64,000 nt of DNA from Candidatus Pelagibacter sp. (GTDB lineage Bacteria > Pseudomonadota > Alphaproteobacteria > Pelagibacterales > Pelagibacteraceae): positions 6,299-70,298 of the forward strand of contig NZ_JBNGZH010000029.1 in assembly GCF_052049775.1 (NCBI RefSeq), read 5' to 3'. The position numbers and the translations under genes are program-made. Shown piece by piece: positions 19,948-30,189 of this stretch (within the stretch, counting starts at the first letter, position 1; every line of letters starts with the position of its first letter). Below the pieces are notes generated by a model, which saw nothing but the letters and a program-made list of their open reading frames with translations, did no database searches and was not told the origin of the DNA.

Positions 19948-19960
19948 AAGCCCCCTTTAT

Positions 19961-21139
19961 TTATTTATTTTGAATTGAAAATTGTATCAGATCAATATTT
20001 TTCGATTTAAATCCAGCCTCACAATAAGATAGGTAAAACTCCCACATTCTTTTAAAAGTTAAATCAAAACCTAGTTTTTTAATGAGATCCCATTTTCTAT
20101 TAAATTCATTTTTCCAAATAGCTAATGTATTTGCATAATGATCAGCATATGAGTCGTAAGACTTTATTGTTAAACCATTGTCTGAAACATATTTGTTTAA
20201 GCTATTTTTGCTTGGCAAAAATCCTCCTGGAAAAATATATTTTTGAATAAAATCTTGTTTCGTTTTATATCTATCAAATAAACTATCATCTATTGTAATT
20301 GCTTGAATGGCTGCCCTACCATCTGTAGAAAGGTTTTTCTTAATAGTTTTAAAATAACTTTCCAAATAATTTTGCCCTACTGCCTCAATCATTTCTATGG
20401 AGGCTATTGAATTATATTTATTCTTTAAATCTCTATAATCTTTTATTTCAATATTTACTTTTTCATTTAAACCACAATTATGAATCCTTCTTTTTGCATA
20501 TTCGAATTGTTTTTTTGAAATAGTAATACAATCTAATTTTACATCATATTTTTTTCCTAAATATTCTGCAAAACCACCCCAGCCACATCCAATTTCTAAA
20601 ACCCTGTCGCCATGGTTTGGTTTTATTAAATCTATCATTTTTTGATATTTGTTATTTTGTGCATCTGAGAGATCTTTAGTGGTCTCACTAAAAATTCCGC
20701 TTGAGTAAGTTAAAGTTTCATCAAGCCATAAAGAAAAAAAATCGTTTCCTAAGTCATAATGTTTTGCAATATTTTCTTTACTTCTATTCTTTGTATTTTT
20801 TATAAAGATCCCTTTTAAAAAATTTATAATTGGAAAATCGAGTAAGCCTGAAAACTTGTATATGATTTTGATATTTCGAGCTGTTATTTCAATGAGATTG
20901 GATAAATTATCAGTTTCAAATTCTCCTCTCATGTAAGACTCAGCAAAACCAATGCTGCCACCCTTTATAAGATTAAAAGAAAAATTTGGTTTTTTAATTT
21001 TTAATTTAGCTTTTAAATTATCCTGAGGATTTCCAAATTTAAAAACTTCTCCTTGATAATTTGTAATTTCTAGAAATCCAACATTTATTCCGGCTAATAT
21101 GTTAAAAACCAGTTTGTCTGAAAGTCTATTTAAGGACAT
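19961..21139 (-). CDS. cfa: Cyclopropane-fatty-acyl-phospholipid synthase-family methyltransferase (UfaM-like)
   Basis: NIAKHYDLGNDFF, LEIGCGWGG, SIEMIEAVG, KYIFPGG and MWEFYLSYCEAGF. Confidence 0.92.
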   Translation of the reverse strand: MSLNRLSDKLVFNILAGINVGFLEITNYQGEVFKFGNPQDNLKAKLKIKKPNFSFNLIKGGSIGFAESYMRGEFETDNLSNLIEITARNIKIIYKFSGLLDFPIINFLKGIFIKNTKNRSKENIAKHYDLGNDFFSLWLDETLTYSSGIFSETTKDLSDAQNNKYQKMIDLIKPNHGDRVLEIGCGWGGFAEYLGKKYDVKLDCITISKKQFEYAKRRIHNCGLNEKVNIEIKDYRDLKNKYNSIASIEMIEAVGQNYLESYFKTIKKNLSTDGRAAIQAITIDDSLFDRYKTKQDFIQKYIFPGGFLPSKNSLNKYVSDNGLTIKSYDSYADHYANTLAIWKNEFNRKWDLIKKLGFDLTFKRMWEFYLSYCEAGFKSKNIDLIQFSIQNK

Positions 21140-21918
21140 TAATTTTCAAAAGATATGTTGTTTCTTATTTTCAATTTTTTTTGGATAAACTTTATTCCTT
21201 TGGTCCATAATTTAAACGCTTCAAAATGTATCGCTGCAATAATTTTAAACGTCATTAGGGGATGTTTTAAATAAGATTTAATTAACTCTGAAGTTGTAAA
21301 ATCTTTTCTTTTCCCATCTTGAGAAGCATATAATATTTTTTCGTTTAATTGATATTGATCTATGATTACTGAGATCTTATCTGCAGGTTTTAAAATTCTA
21401 AAAAAATAACTACAATTCATTTCAATGAATGGTGAAACATGAAATTTTTTCTCACAATTGTGTTGCAATAAATCGTCATTTTTTACTTTAAAAACATAAG
21501 TGTGTTGCTCACCAAAAGTATTTTTGACTTCATATAATATGGATATTAAATCATTGTTATTATTGTACACATAAAAAACACTTAATGGATTAAAAACATA
21601 TCCAAAGATTCTTGGGTAACATAAAAGTTTAATTCTAATATTTTCACTACTAATATTATTTTGTCTAAGATTTTTTTTAACCCAATCGGTTAAGAGTGAT
21701 CCATCTCTATCTCCATGATCTTTATCAAAAAAACTAATTAAATTAAATTTATTGTATGAAAAAAAATTAATCGTTTTATCTAATTTTTCTAATTCAGAAA
21801 GATCAATTAAAAGTGAAAATACTCTGTACTTAAAAAAATGTATCTTTGGTTTGAATCTTTTGTGAATTACAGCGCCATTATATATACAACTAGTCATTAA
21901 GGGTTTTAAGCATTTCAA
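21139..21918 (-). CDS. DUF1365-family protein (UfaO-like)
   Basis: HKRFKPKIHFFKY, PRIFGYVFNPLS, YEVKNTFGEQH, KKFHVSPF and IHFEAFKLW. Confidence 0.88.
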   Translation of the reverse strand: MKCLKPLMTSCIYNGAVIHKRFKPKIHFFKYRVFSLLIDLSELEKLDKTINFFSYNKFNLISFFDKDHGDRDGSLLTDWVKKNLRQNNISSENIRIKLLCYPRIFGYVFNPLSVFYVYNNNNDLISILYEVKNTFGEQHTYVFKVKNDDLLQHNCEKKFHVSPFIEMNCSYFFRILKPADKISVIIDQYQLNEKILYASQDGKRKDFTTSELIKSYLKHPLMTFKIIAAIHFEAFKLWTKGIKFIQKKLKIRNNISFEN

Positions 21919-23128
21919 TAGATGATTTTATTCCATCTTCATGAAAACCGTAACCAAAATAACTACCACAATAAAGAATATTTCTTTTATTTTGTAAATT
22001 TGTAAGCTGACTTTGAAAATTTAGTGCAGATTGATCAAAATATGGATGTGTAAATCTTACTTTTTTTAAAATTTTCTTATCATCAATTTTAAAATAAGGA
22101 TTTAAGGTAAGAAAAATATTTTCATCACATTTAAGGTTTTGTAATAAATTTAACCAATATGTAATTGAATTTTTTTCTATTTCATCCTTTTTCATTGATG
22201 AATTCCATGAACACCAAGCTTTTTTATTTTTTGGCATAGCTTGTTCATCGGTATGAATATAGGCAATATTTTCCTTATACTTATAATTTGAAAGAACATT
22301 CTTTTCTTGATCGGTTGGATTATCAATTATTGATAAAGCTTCATCTGCATGTGTTGCTAAAACAACTTTGTCGTATCCAAAATATTCACTTTCTCCACCA
22401 TAATATAAATCTATACCTGTTGTTTTTGTTTTAATTTTTTTGATTGAATAATTTTTGAAATGTTCACCACTGATTTTTGAAATAATGTTTTGAACATAAG
22501 CTCTACTTCGATTTGACACAGTATACCACTGAGGTCTATTTTTTAATTTAAACAAGCCATGATTTTGGAAAAACTTTAAGAAAAATCTTAACGGCATTTG
22601 ACTGGCAGCACTTGGTGGCATTGACCATATGGCTGAGACCATTGGTATCAAATGAAAGTTGATAAACTCTTTTGAAAGATTTTCCTTTCTCAAATAATCA
22701 CCAAGTGTAGTCTCTTGATCAATTTTTTTCATATTATCACATTTTTTGTAAAACTTTATTATATCAAAAAACATTTTGAGGAATCTTATATTAAACAGAT
22801 TGGTCTTATTTGAAAAAATTCCATTTAATCCTCGACCGCAATATTCAAATGAAGATTTTTCGACTGATACAGAAAAAGACATATCGCTTTTTTCAATTGC
22901 AATATTATTCTCCTCAAAAAAATTAATTAAATTTGGGTAAGTTGCGTAATTAAATACAATAAAACCTATATCAACTGGAACTTTTTTTGTACCAAACGAT
23001 AAATCAATAGTATGAGAGTGACCACCGAAACGATCTTCTTTCTCGAAAAGATCTACATGATGTTTTTTTGATAAGTAATATGCAGCGCTTAATCCTGATA
23101 TGCCTGAGCCGACAACAGCAATCTTCAT
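21890..23128 (-). CDS. FAD/NAD(P)-binding oxidoreductase (amine-oxidase family, UfaD-like)
   Basis: IAVVGSGISGL, GGHSHT, VDIGFIVFN, WCSWN, YWLNLLQ and GFHEDG. Confidence 0.88.
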   Translation of the reverse strand: MKIAVVGSGISGLSAAYYLSKKHHVDLFEKEDRFGGHSHTIDLSFGTKKVPVDIGFIVFNYATYPNLINFFEENNIAIEKSDMSFSVSVEKSSFEYCGRGLNGIFSNKTNLFNIRFLKMFFDIIKFYKKCDNMKKIDQETTLGDYLRKENLSKEFINFHLIPMVSAIWSMPPSAASQMPLRFFLKFFQNHGLFKLKNRPQWYTVSNRSRAYVQNIISKISGEHFKNYSIKKIKTKTTGIDLYYGGESEYFGYDKVVLATHADEALSIIDNPTDQEKNVLSNYKYKENIAYIHTDEQAMPKNKKAWCSWNSSMKKDEIEKNSITYWLNLLQNLKCDENIFLTLNPYFKIDDKKILKKVRFTHPYFDQSALNFQSQLTNLQNKRNILYCGSYFGYGFHEDGIKSSIEMLKTLND

Positions 23129-23134
23129 TAATTA

Positions 23135-26005
23135 TTAAGCTGCATCTTCTTTAAATTCATCTATGCTTGGACAAGTACAGAATATATTCTTGTCACCATA
23201 AACATTATCTACTCTTGCAACTGGAGGCCAAAATTTATTAGCTCTTAAAAATTTTGCTGGATAAGCAGCTTCTGCTCTTGAATATTTATGCGTCCAATCA
23301 TCAGAAGCTAGTTCGCTGTCCGTGTGAGGAGCATTTTTTATTGGATTGTCTATTTTATCAAATTCACCTGATTTAATTTTTTCAATTTCTTCTTTAATCT
23401 TAATTAAAGTATCACAAAATCTATCGAGTTCTGACAAACCCTCACTTTCAGTTGGCTCTATCATCATTGTACCAGCTACTGGCCATGACATAGTTGGTGC
23501 ATGAAACCCATAATCTATTAATCTTTTTGCAATATCTTCTTCGGTTACTCCTGTCTCTGATTTAATATTTCTAATATCAATAATACATTCATGAGCAACA
23601 TTTCCATTTGATCCTTTATACAGAATTGGAAAGTGATCTTTAAGTCTATGAGCAATATAATTTGCATTTAATATTGCTACTTCAGTAGCAAGCTTTAACC
23701 CTGCTGATCCCATCATTTTAATGTACATCCAAGAAATTGAAAGAATACTTGAACTACCCCAAGGAGCTGCCGAGACTGCTCCAATGCCAGATGTTGGTCC
23801 ACAATCTTTAATCACTGGATGATTAGGTAGATAAACTTGTAAATGTCTTTTACAAGCAATCGGTCCCATACCTGGTCCTCCCCCGCCGTGTGGTATACAA
23901 AATGTTTTATGTAAATTGATATGACAGACATCTGGACCAAAATTTCCAGGCTTTGCAACTCCAACTAAGGCGTTTAAATTTGCTCCATCCATATACACTT
24001 GTCCACCATGTTTGTGAATTAACTCACAGATATCAGTTATTTTTTCTTCAAATACTCCATGGGTAGATGGATAAGTTACCATTAGTGCCCCAAGATTTTC
24101 CGAATGTTGTTCAGCTTTTTTCTTTAAATCATCAAAATCAACATTTCCCTCTTTATCACAATTAACAACTACCACCTTCATTCCAACCATTTGTGCACTT
24201 GCTGGGTTAGTACCATGTGCTGAACTTGGAATTAAACATATATTACGATTAGCCTCACCTCTATCTAAATGATACTTTCTAATAACCATTAAGCCCGCAT
24301 ACTCACCTTGAGCACCTGCATTAGGTTGCAAAGAAACACCTGAAAAACCAGTTATAGAACGCAACCAATTTTTTAGATCAGTGAATAAATCTCTAAAACC
24401 TTCCATTTGTTCAATTGGGACAAACGGATGAGGTTCTGCAAATTCTTTCCATGATATTGGGATCATTTCGGCAGCAGCATTTAATTTCATTGTACAAGAA
24501 CCAAGTGCAATCATAGTTCTATTCAATGCTATATCTTTATCTTCTAATCTTTTTAAATATCTAAGCATTTCAGTTTCGGAATGATATGAGTTAAAAACTG
24601 GATGTTCTAAATATTTTGAAGTTCTTAATAAATTTTTTGGAAGATTAGGTAAACTTACTGATGGATCTTCTTTTTTAATTGATTCTGCTGCATTAAAAAT
24701 TTTTAATAATTGATTTACTCTATATACATTTTTTCTCTCATCAAATGAAACAGCAAGCATTTCAGAATTTACTTTTCGAATATTAACTCTCTGATTCAGA
24801 GCATTCTTATAAATTTGATCAGTCTTTTCTTTGGTAATAATCGTTACAGTGTCAAAAAAATTATTCGAATAAAGCTCGTATCCAGATTGTTTTATTTTAT
24901 CAGCAAAACTTTTTGCTAATTGAGACACTCTTTCCGAAATATTTTTAATTCCATCCGGGCCATGATAAATAGCATACGCTGCTGACACAATTGCTAATAA
25001 AGCTTGGGCAGTACAAATATTACTCGTCGCCTTATCTCTTCTGATATGTTGCTCTCTTGTTTGTAATGATAATCTGTAAGCTTTATTACCATGTCTATCA
25101 ACTGATACACCGACAATCCTTCCAGGCATTGATCTTTTAAATTCGTCTTTTGTTGCAAAAAAAGCTGCATGTGGACCTCCATATCCCATTGGAATACCAA
25201 ATCTTTGAGAGCTTCCAACTGCAATGTCGGCACCAAGTTCTCTTGGTGTTTTTAATTTTGCTAAAGCCAACAGATCACAAGCTAATACCGCTTTCCCATT
25301 TTTTTTGTGAATTTTGCTAATTGCTTCACTTGGGTCTTTAATATCTCCTAAAGTTCCTGGATATTGTAAAATTCCACAAACTAAATCCTCTTTTAGTTTA
25401 TCTAAAACTTCATCTTCTTTACCGACTAAAACCTTTAAACCCATAGGTTCAGCTCTTGTTTGAATTACATTTATTGTTTGAGGGTGACAATCTTCAGAAA
25501 CAAAAACTAAATTACTATCTTTTTTATTTAATCTGTGACTTAAACCCATGGCTTCTGCTGCTGCTGTGCCTTCATCTAATAAAGATGCATTGGCAATATC
25601 CATTCCTGTAAAGTCAACAATCATTTGTTGAAAGTTTAATAACATCTCAAGTCTTCCTTGAGCTACCTCAGGCTGATAAGGTGTATAGGAAGTGTACCAA
25701 CCTGGATTTTCTAATATATTTCTCAAAATTACATAGGGTGTATAGGTTCCATAATAACCCATACCAATAAAATTTGAGTAGACTTGATTTTTCTTCGAAA
25801 TTGCTCGTAACTTTCTTAATGCCTCATACTCTGAATTTGAATCACCAATATTAAGTTCACCTTTAAACTTTATTTTTTCTGGAACAGTATTCTCAATCAA
25901 GTCATCTAGTGACTTATAATTTAATTCTTTTAACATTTTTGATTGGTCTTCTTTTGAAGGACCAATATGTCTTCTTAAAAAATCTTTTTCTGAATTTGGT
26001 AACAT
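23135..26005 (-). CDS. gcvP: Glycine dehydrogenase (decarboxylating), P protein
   Basis: RRHIGP, YTPYQPEVAQGRLE, REQHIRRDKATSNICTAQAL and the PLP-lysine motif HINLHKTF. Confidence 0.99.
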   Translation of the reverse strand: MLPNSEKDFLRRHIGPSKEDQSKMLKELNYKSLDDLIENTVPEKIKFKGELNIGDSNSEYEALRKLRAISKKNQVYSNFIGMGYYGTYTPYVILRNILENPGWYTSYTPYQPEVAQGRLEMLLNFQQMIVDFTGMDIANASLLDEGTAAAEAMGLSHRLNKKDSNLVFVSEDCHPQTINVIQTRAEPMGLKVLVGKEDEVLDKLKEDLVCGILQYPGTLGDIKDPSEAISKIHKKNGKAVLACDLLALAKLKTPRELGADIAVGSSQRFGIPMGYGGPHAAFFATKDEFKRSMPGRIVGVSVDRHGNKAYRLSLQTREQHIRRDKATSNICTAQALLAIVSAAYAIYHGPDGIKNISERVSQLAKSFADKIKQSGYELYSNNFFDTVTIITKEKTDQIYKNALNQRVNIRKVNSEMLAVSFDERKNVYRVNQLLKIFNAAESIKKEDPSVSLPNLPKNLLRTSKYLEHPVFNSYHSETEMLRYLKRLEDKDIALNRTMIALGSCTMKLNAAAEMIPISWKEFAEPHPFVPIEQMEGFRDLFTDLKNWLRSITGFSGVSLQPNAGAQGEYAGLMVIRKYHLDRGEANRNICLIPSSAHGTNPASAQMVGMKVVVVNCDKEGNVDFDDLKKKAEQHSENLGALMVTYPSTHGVFEEKITDICELIHKHGGQVYMDGANLNALVGVAKPGNFGPDVCHINLHKTFCIPHGGGGPGMGPIACKRHLQVYLPNHPVIKDCGPTSGIGAVSAAPWGSSSILSISWMYIKMMGSAGLKLATEVAILNANYIAHRLKDHFPILYKGSNGNVAHECIIDIRNIKSETGVTEEDIAKRLIDYGFHAPTMSWPVAGTMMIEPTESEGLSELDRFCDTLIKIKEEIEKIKSGEFDKIDNPIKNAPHTDSELASDDWTHKYSRAEAAYPAKFLRANKFWPPVARVDNVYGDKNIFCTCPSIDEFKEDAA

Positions 26006-26385
26006 TATGCTGAAGTCTCCTTTGCAAATTTATCGTAATCGTCTTTATTCATTAAAGTATTCATTTCTGATGGATCTTTTATTTTTAGTTTAAAAAACCA
26101 CGCTGAGTCCTCCGGGTCTTGATTAATCTTTGATGGATCATCTACTATAGCTTGATTGGTATCAACTACTTCACCGCTTACAGGGGTATATACATCGCTA
26201 GCAGCTTTCGTTGACTCTACAACACCAGCTGTACCATCTTTCTCTACGCTAGAACCTTTTTCTGGAAGTTCTGCAAAAACTATATCACCTAACATCTCTG
26301 TAGCATGTTTTGTGATACCAATTGTTGCAACATCTCCATCTAATTTAATCCACTCGTGTTCTTTTGAATATTTTACTTCACTCAT
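26005..26385 (-). CDS. gcvH: Glycine cleavage system H protein
   Basis: HEWIK, LGDIVF and the lipoyl motif VESTKAAS. Confidence 0.98.
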   Translation of the reverse strand: MSEVKYSKEHEWIKLDGDVATIGITKHATEMLGDIVFAELPEKGSSVEKDGTAGVVESTKAASDVYTPVSGEVVDTNQAIVDDPSKINQDPEDSAWFFKLKIKDPSEMNTLMNKDDYDKFAKETSA

Positions 26386-27488
26386 TTGTTTACCCCTTTG
26401 ACATAACTTTTTTTATAAAATGGTAAGCTGCAAATACTTGCAGGATGTTTTTTACCTCTGACTTCTAAAAATACTTTAGTATTTTTTTTTGAAAATTCAT
26501 TTTCCACATAACCCATTGCAACAGGTCCATTGACACTTGGTCCAAATGTACCACTTGTGATTTCTCCAATATGAACATCTGATTGATTAAATATTTTTGT
26601 TTTTTCTCTAGCAATAATTCTGCCTTCAGGTTTAATTCCAACTCTTATTTTACTGACACCATCATTTAATTGTTTAATAATTATGTCAGAGCCAATAAAA
26701 TCTCCCTTAGAGATTCTTTCTTTTGAAATAGCCCACTTTAAATTTGCTTCCACTGGAGTTTTGTCTTTATCAAGATCATGACCATAAAGACATAAACCTG
26801 CTTCCAATCTTAATGTATCTCTTGCTCCAAGACCTATCAATTTAGATCCTTTGTTGATTAATTCTCTAGTTAATTGGTCTACAAAATCATTTACAATTGA
26901 TATTTCAAAACCATCTTCGCCTGTGTAACCAGATCGCGTAATATAAACTTTCTGATTTTCAAATGTAAACCAGTTTCCAGACATAAAATTTAGATCTTTC
27001 ACACCATTAATTACATTATTAAGAATTTCTGATGATTTAGGACCCTGAATGGCAATTAGAGATCTATTTTCATCCATAACCATTTTGTACTTATCCCCAA
27101 GAAATTCTTTTAAAATTTTAAAGTCATTATCTTTACATGCTGCATTGAGGATTATCAAAAAACCTTCTTTTGTTTTTGTGATAATTAAATCATCATGTAT
27201 CCCAGCATCTTTGTCCATTAAGAAGCTGTATTTTGAATGATTTAATTTCAAATTTTTAAGATCTAAAGGAAAAATTTTTTCTAAATCTTTGATTAAGTCT
27301 TCACCACCATAAATAAATAGCTGACCCATATGGGAAACATCAAAGATACCTGAGTGATTTCGTGTGAATTTGTGTTCTTCTACAATACCTTCCGAATATT
27401 GTATCGGCATTTGATAGCCTGCAAATTCAACAAATTTTGCATTACAATCTTGATGTAATTGGTACAGCGATGTTTTTTTTGTTTCCAT
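26382..27488 (-). CDS. gcvT: Glycine cleavage system aminomethyltransferase T
   Basis: [27 protein letters not shown] and [13 protein letters not shown]. Confidence 0.98.
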   Translation of the reverse strand: METKKTSLYQLHQDCNAKFVEFAGYQMPIQYSEGIVEEHKFTRNHSGIFDVSHMGQLFIYGGEDLIKDLEKIFPLDLKNLKLNHSKYSFLMDKDAGIHDDLIITKTKEGFLIILNAACKDNDFKILKEFLGDKYKMVMDENRSLIAIQGPKSSEILNNVINGVKDLNFMSGNWFTFENQKVYITRSGYTGEDGFEISIVNDFVDQLTRELINKGSKLIGLGARDTLRLEAGLCLYGHDLDKDKTPVEANLKWAISKERISKGDFIGSDIIIKQLNDGVSKIRVGIKPEGRIIAREKTKIFNQSDVHIGEITSGTFGPSVNGPVAMGYVENEFSKKNTKVFLEVRGKKHPASICSLPFYKKSYVKGVNK

Positions 27489-27501
27489 ATTAACTCTTTG
27501 T

Positions 27502-27660
27502 ACCCATCTGTATATTTGCCTGAGAGTTTTGCTCCTTCGGCGAGAATTAAATCTCTTTCCAGAGTTAATATGTTACGGTCCTTTTTGCCTGAGAGATTCC
27601 TGGGTGGTTGCTCCTTCGGCGCTACGATAATCTGTAGTCTCTCCCGTGTCAGGATATTCT
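27502..27660 (-). ncRNA. Tandem glycine riboswitch (two aptamers) upstream of gcvT
   Basis: The minus strand reads GGAGAGAC..GCGCCGAAGGAGCAA..GGAATCTCTCAGGCAAAAAGGACCG..CTCTGGAAAGAG..CGCCGAAGGAGCAAAACTCTCAGGCAAA..ACAGATGGG. The duplicated GCCGAAGGAGCA and CTCTCAGG cores match the glycine aptamer consensus. Confidence 0.95.
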
Positions 27661-27678
27661 TACATGTGTGGAAAAAAG

Positions 27679-28557
27679 TCAATCAGAAACAATTTTTTTT
27701 TGTTTACTTAAAAGCGAGTAAAATTGTAATAAAACCGCAGAAAGTATAATTGCGCCACCAATTAATCCAAATAAAGAGGGTCTTTCACTTACGAAAAGGA
27801 ATGCCCATATCGGTCCTAGGACAGATTCGGATAACATTATGATTCCAACCATTGCAGACGGTGTTGTTCTTGCACCGATAGTTATAAATATAAAACCAAA
27901 ACCAACTTGAAAAAAACCTGCGAGAAAACCTAAAAAGATATCATGAGGAGAAATCATGATTTTAGTGGAAAGCAAAAAACCAATTAGACATGAACTCACA
28001 CCAGCAACGAACTGGGCTGGCACCATATCCACAGAGGGAAATTTTCTCACAATCATTATTAAAACTGCAAAAGTAATTGGCATTGTAAAAGCTGCAAGGT
28101 TTCCAGATAATTCTCCAGGAGATAATGAATTGCCAACCATTAATAAAACACCTGTCATCGCCAGACAGATTGAAAACAAAGTAATTAAATTTATTTTTTC
28201 CTTAAGGAAAAAATACCCAAATATTGCAAGAAATAGTATTTGAAGTGAAATGATAAAATTAGTATTAGCAACAGTGGTGTTGTACATAGCAAACACATAT
28301 CCACAAAAACCAAAAGATAAAATAATTCCACCAAAAAATCCTGGTAATCCAGATTTATAAAATGACTCAATTGTTTTTCCTCTATAACTTAAAATTAAGA
28401 AAGCTAGAACTGTTAAAGAAAAAAATAAAGATCGCCAAAATAGAATTTGCCATAATGTAGCTCCCTCAAAAGATTTTACAATTAATCCACCAAAACTTAA
28501 ACTTAATGCACCTAAAAAAATTAATAATGGTCCAGATAAGTTTCTTATAAAAGTCAT
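27679..28557 (-). CDS. DMT/EamA-family transporter
   Basis: 292 aa, about 10 TM; abuts pxpC upstream. Confidence 0.85.
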   Translation of the reverse strand: MTFIRNLSGPLLIFLGALSLSFGGLIVKSFEGATLWQILFWRSLFFSLTVLAFLILSYRGKTIESFYKSGLPGFFGGIILSFGFCGYVFAMYNTTVANTNFIISLQILFLAIFGYFFLKEKINLITLFSICLAMTGVLLMVGNSLSPGELSGNLAAFTMPITFAVLIMIVRKFPSVDMVPAQFVAGVSSCLIGFLLSTKIMISPHDIFLGFLAGFFQVGFGFIFITIGARTTPSAMVGIIMLSESVLGPIWAFLFVSERPSLFGLIGGAIILSAVLLQFYSLLSKQKKIVSD

Positions 28558-29501
28558 TAAATTTGTGAAATTAAATTTTGCGTCTCTAAGTCATATAATT
28601 TAAATAATGTTTCTGCATCAGCTAATTCGACTTTTTTAAATTTAATCTTTGAACCTGGGGTTAATTGAACCAACTTGTCATAATCTGCACTGATAACAAC
28701 TCCTATTTTAGGATAACCTCCAATAGTGCCATGATCTGAAAGCATAATTATTGGATTTCCATCTGCTGGTACTTGAATAACACCTTTTAATAAACCTTCT
28801 GATTTAATATTGGTATCAACAATATTTTCTATTTTTGGTCCCTCTAGCCTCATACCCATACGATCTGATAATTTTGATATTACAAATTCTTTCTCAAAAA
28901 AAATCTTTTTTCCTTCGTCAGAAAAATAGTCAAAATTTGTTCCTTGGATAACTCTGATATTTTCAATTTTTGTATTAATGTAATTTAATTTTTTATCACT
29001 TAAATTTTTATTGATATTTAAAATATAAATCTTTTGTCCATCTTCTATTTTTTTTCCATTATTTGCACCAATATTTGCTTTTGTATTAACAGAGCAACTT
29101 GACCATTGATAATTAACATCAAATTCACCACTTACTGCTAAATATCCATAAACAGATTTATTAGTGCTTATAATATCTAATTCATCACCATTTTCTAAAG
29201 CGAAAGATTGATAACATTTTCCTTCGATAGTATTTTTTTTTTTTCTAATTATAAATTTTACATCCCCCGTGATTGCAAAATTAATATTTTCACCAAAATA
29301 CTTTAACAAAGGACCTTGATAAGCAAATTCAATTATTGGAAAATTTACTTCATTACCAACAAGTTTATTAGAAATTTGAAAATTTCTATTATCCATTGCT
29401 CCACTAAATGGAATACCAATATGATAGAGATTTCCTCTACCCTGATCTTGAAATGTTGTGTTAATTCCAGCTCTTTTTATTTCAAAATAATTTTTATTCA
29501 T
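28557..29501 (-). CDS. pxpC: 5-oxoprolinase subunit C (carboxyltransferase domain, AHS2 family)
   Basis: TTFQDQGR, GAMD, SDRMGMRL, GVIQVP and GGYPKIG; start taken at ATG 29501 (8-bp overlap with the pxpB stop). Confidence 0.9.
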   Translation of the reverse strand: MNKNYFEIKRAGINTTFQDQGRGNLYHIGIPFSGAMDNRNFQISNKLVGNEVNFPIIEFAYQGPLLKYFGENINFAITGDVKFIIRKKKNTIEGKCYQSFALENGDELDIISTNKSVYGYLAVSGEFDVNYQWSSCSVNTKANIGANNGKKIEDGQKIYILNINKNLSDKKLNYINTKIENIRVIQGTNFDYFSDEGKKIFFEKEFVISKLSDRMGMRLEGPKIENIVDTNIKSEGLLKGVIQVPADGNPIIMLSDHGTIGGYPKIGVVISADYDKLVQLTPGSKIKFKKVELADAETLFKLYDLETQNLISQI

Positions 29502-30168
29502 TGTTATTGTAATATTGTTCTTTAGTAATTTGCTCAAAAGTAACTACATCACCTGGATTAATTAAATTTGGATTATTCTCATTAGTGCTATCAAAAATAA
29601 CTTGTGGTGTATTTCCAATGATATTCCACCCACCAGGACTTTCAAATGTATAAACATTTGCAAATTGTTCTGTTAATCCAACTGAGCCCTTAGGCACTTT
29701 TACTCTCGGTGTTTCCAAACGTTTTGCCTGCAACTCATTTTCCAGATCACCAAGAAAAGGCATACCTGCAATAAAACCAGTCATATAACAAAAAAATTCC
29801 TTACCAAAAAATTTCTCATAGATTTTATCACGAGTTATTTGTAATTTTTCCTCTAATCTTTTTATATCTAATGAAAAATTTTCATCACAACAAACAGGTA
29901 TCTTAATTCTATTTGTCTCTAATTCATCATCATTAGTAATATTTAAATTTTCGATTAATTTTTTGATCATTTGAAAATTTTTTTTTCGTAGATCGAATGA
30001 AATAATTAATTTATTATATGAGGGAGTTAAGTTATTGATCCCATCAATATTTTCTTTTTGAATACTTTTAAAATATCGTATTACTTTACTATTTATTTCT
30101 TTGTTTACCTCAGACCCGAAATCACAATACAAAGCTGCGTCACCAAGATTTGATATATTTTTAATCAT
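29494..30168 (-). CDS. pxpB: 5-oxoprolinase subunit B (AHS1 family)
   Basis: LGDAAL, PSYN, GFIAGMPFL, PRVKVPKGSVG and SPGGWNIIGNTP. Confidence 0.9.
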   Translation of the reverse strand: MIKNISNLGDAALYCDFGSEVNKEINSKVIRYFKSIQKENIDGINNLTPSYNKLIISFDLRKKNFQMIKKLIENLNITNDDELETNRIKIPVCCDENFSLDIKRLEEKLQITRDKIYEKFFGKEFFCYMTGFIAGMPFLGDLENELQAKRLETPRVKVPKGSVGLTEQFANVYTFESPGGWNIIGNTPQVIFDSTNENNPNLINPGDVVTFEQITKEQYYNNNE

Positions 30169-30189
30169 GCCATGTTATACTTACAAATT

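Noticed and set aside
27380-27749. ORF-track entries 27380..27682 (-) and 27459..27749 (+)
   Set aside because: They are open only because they cross the GC-richer glycine riboswitch, they overlap gcvT and the DMT gene, and they have no protein motifs.
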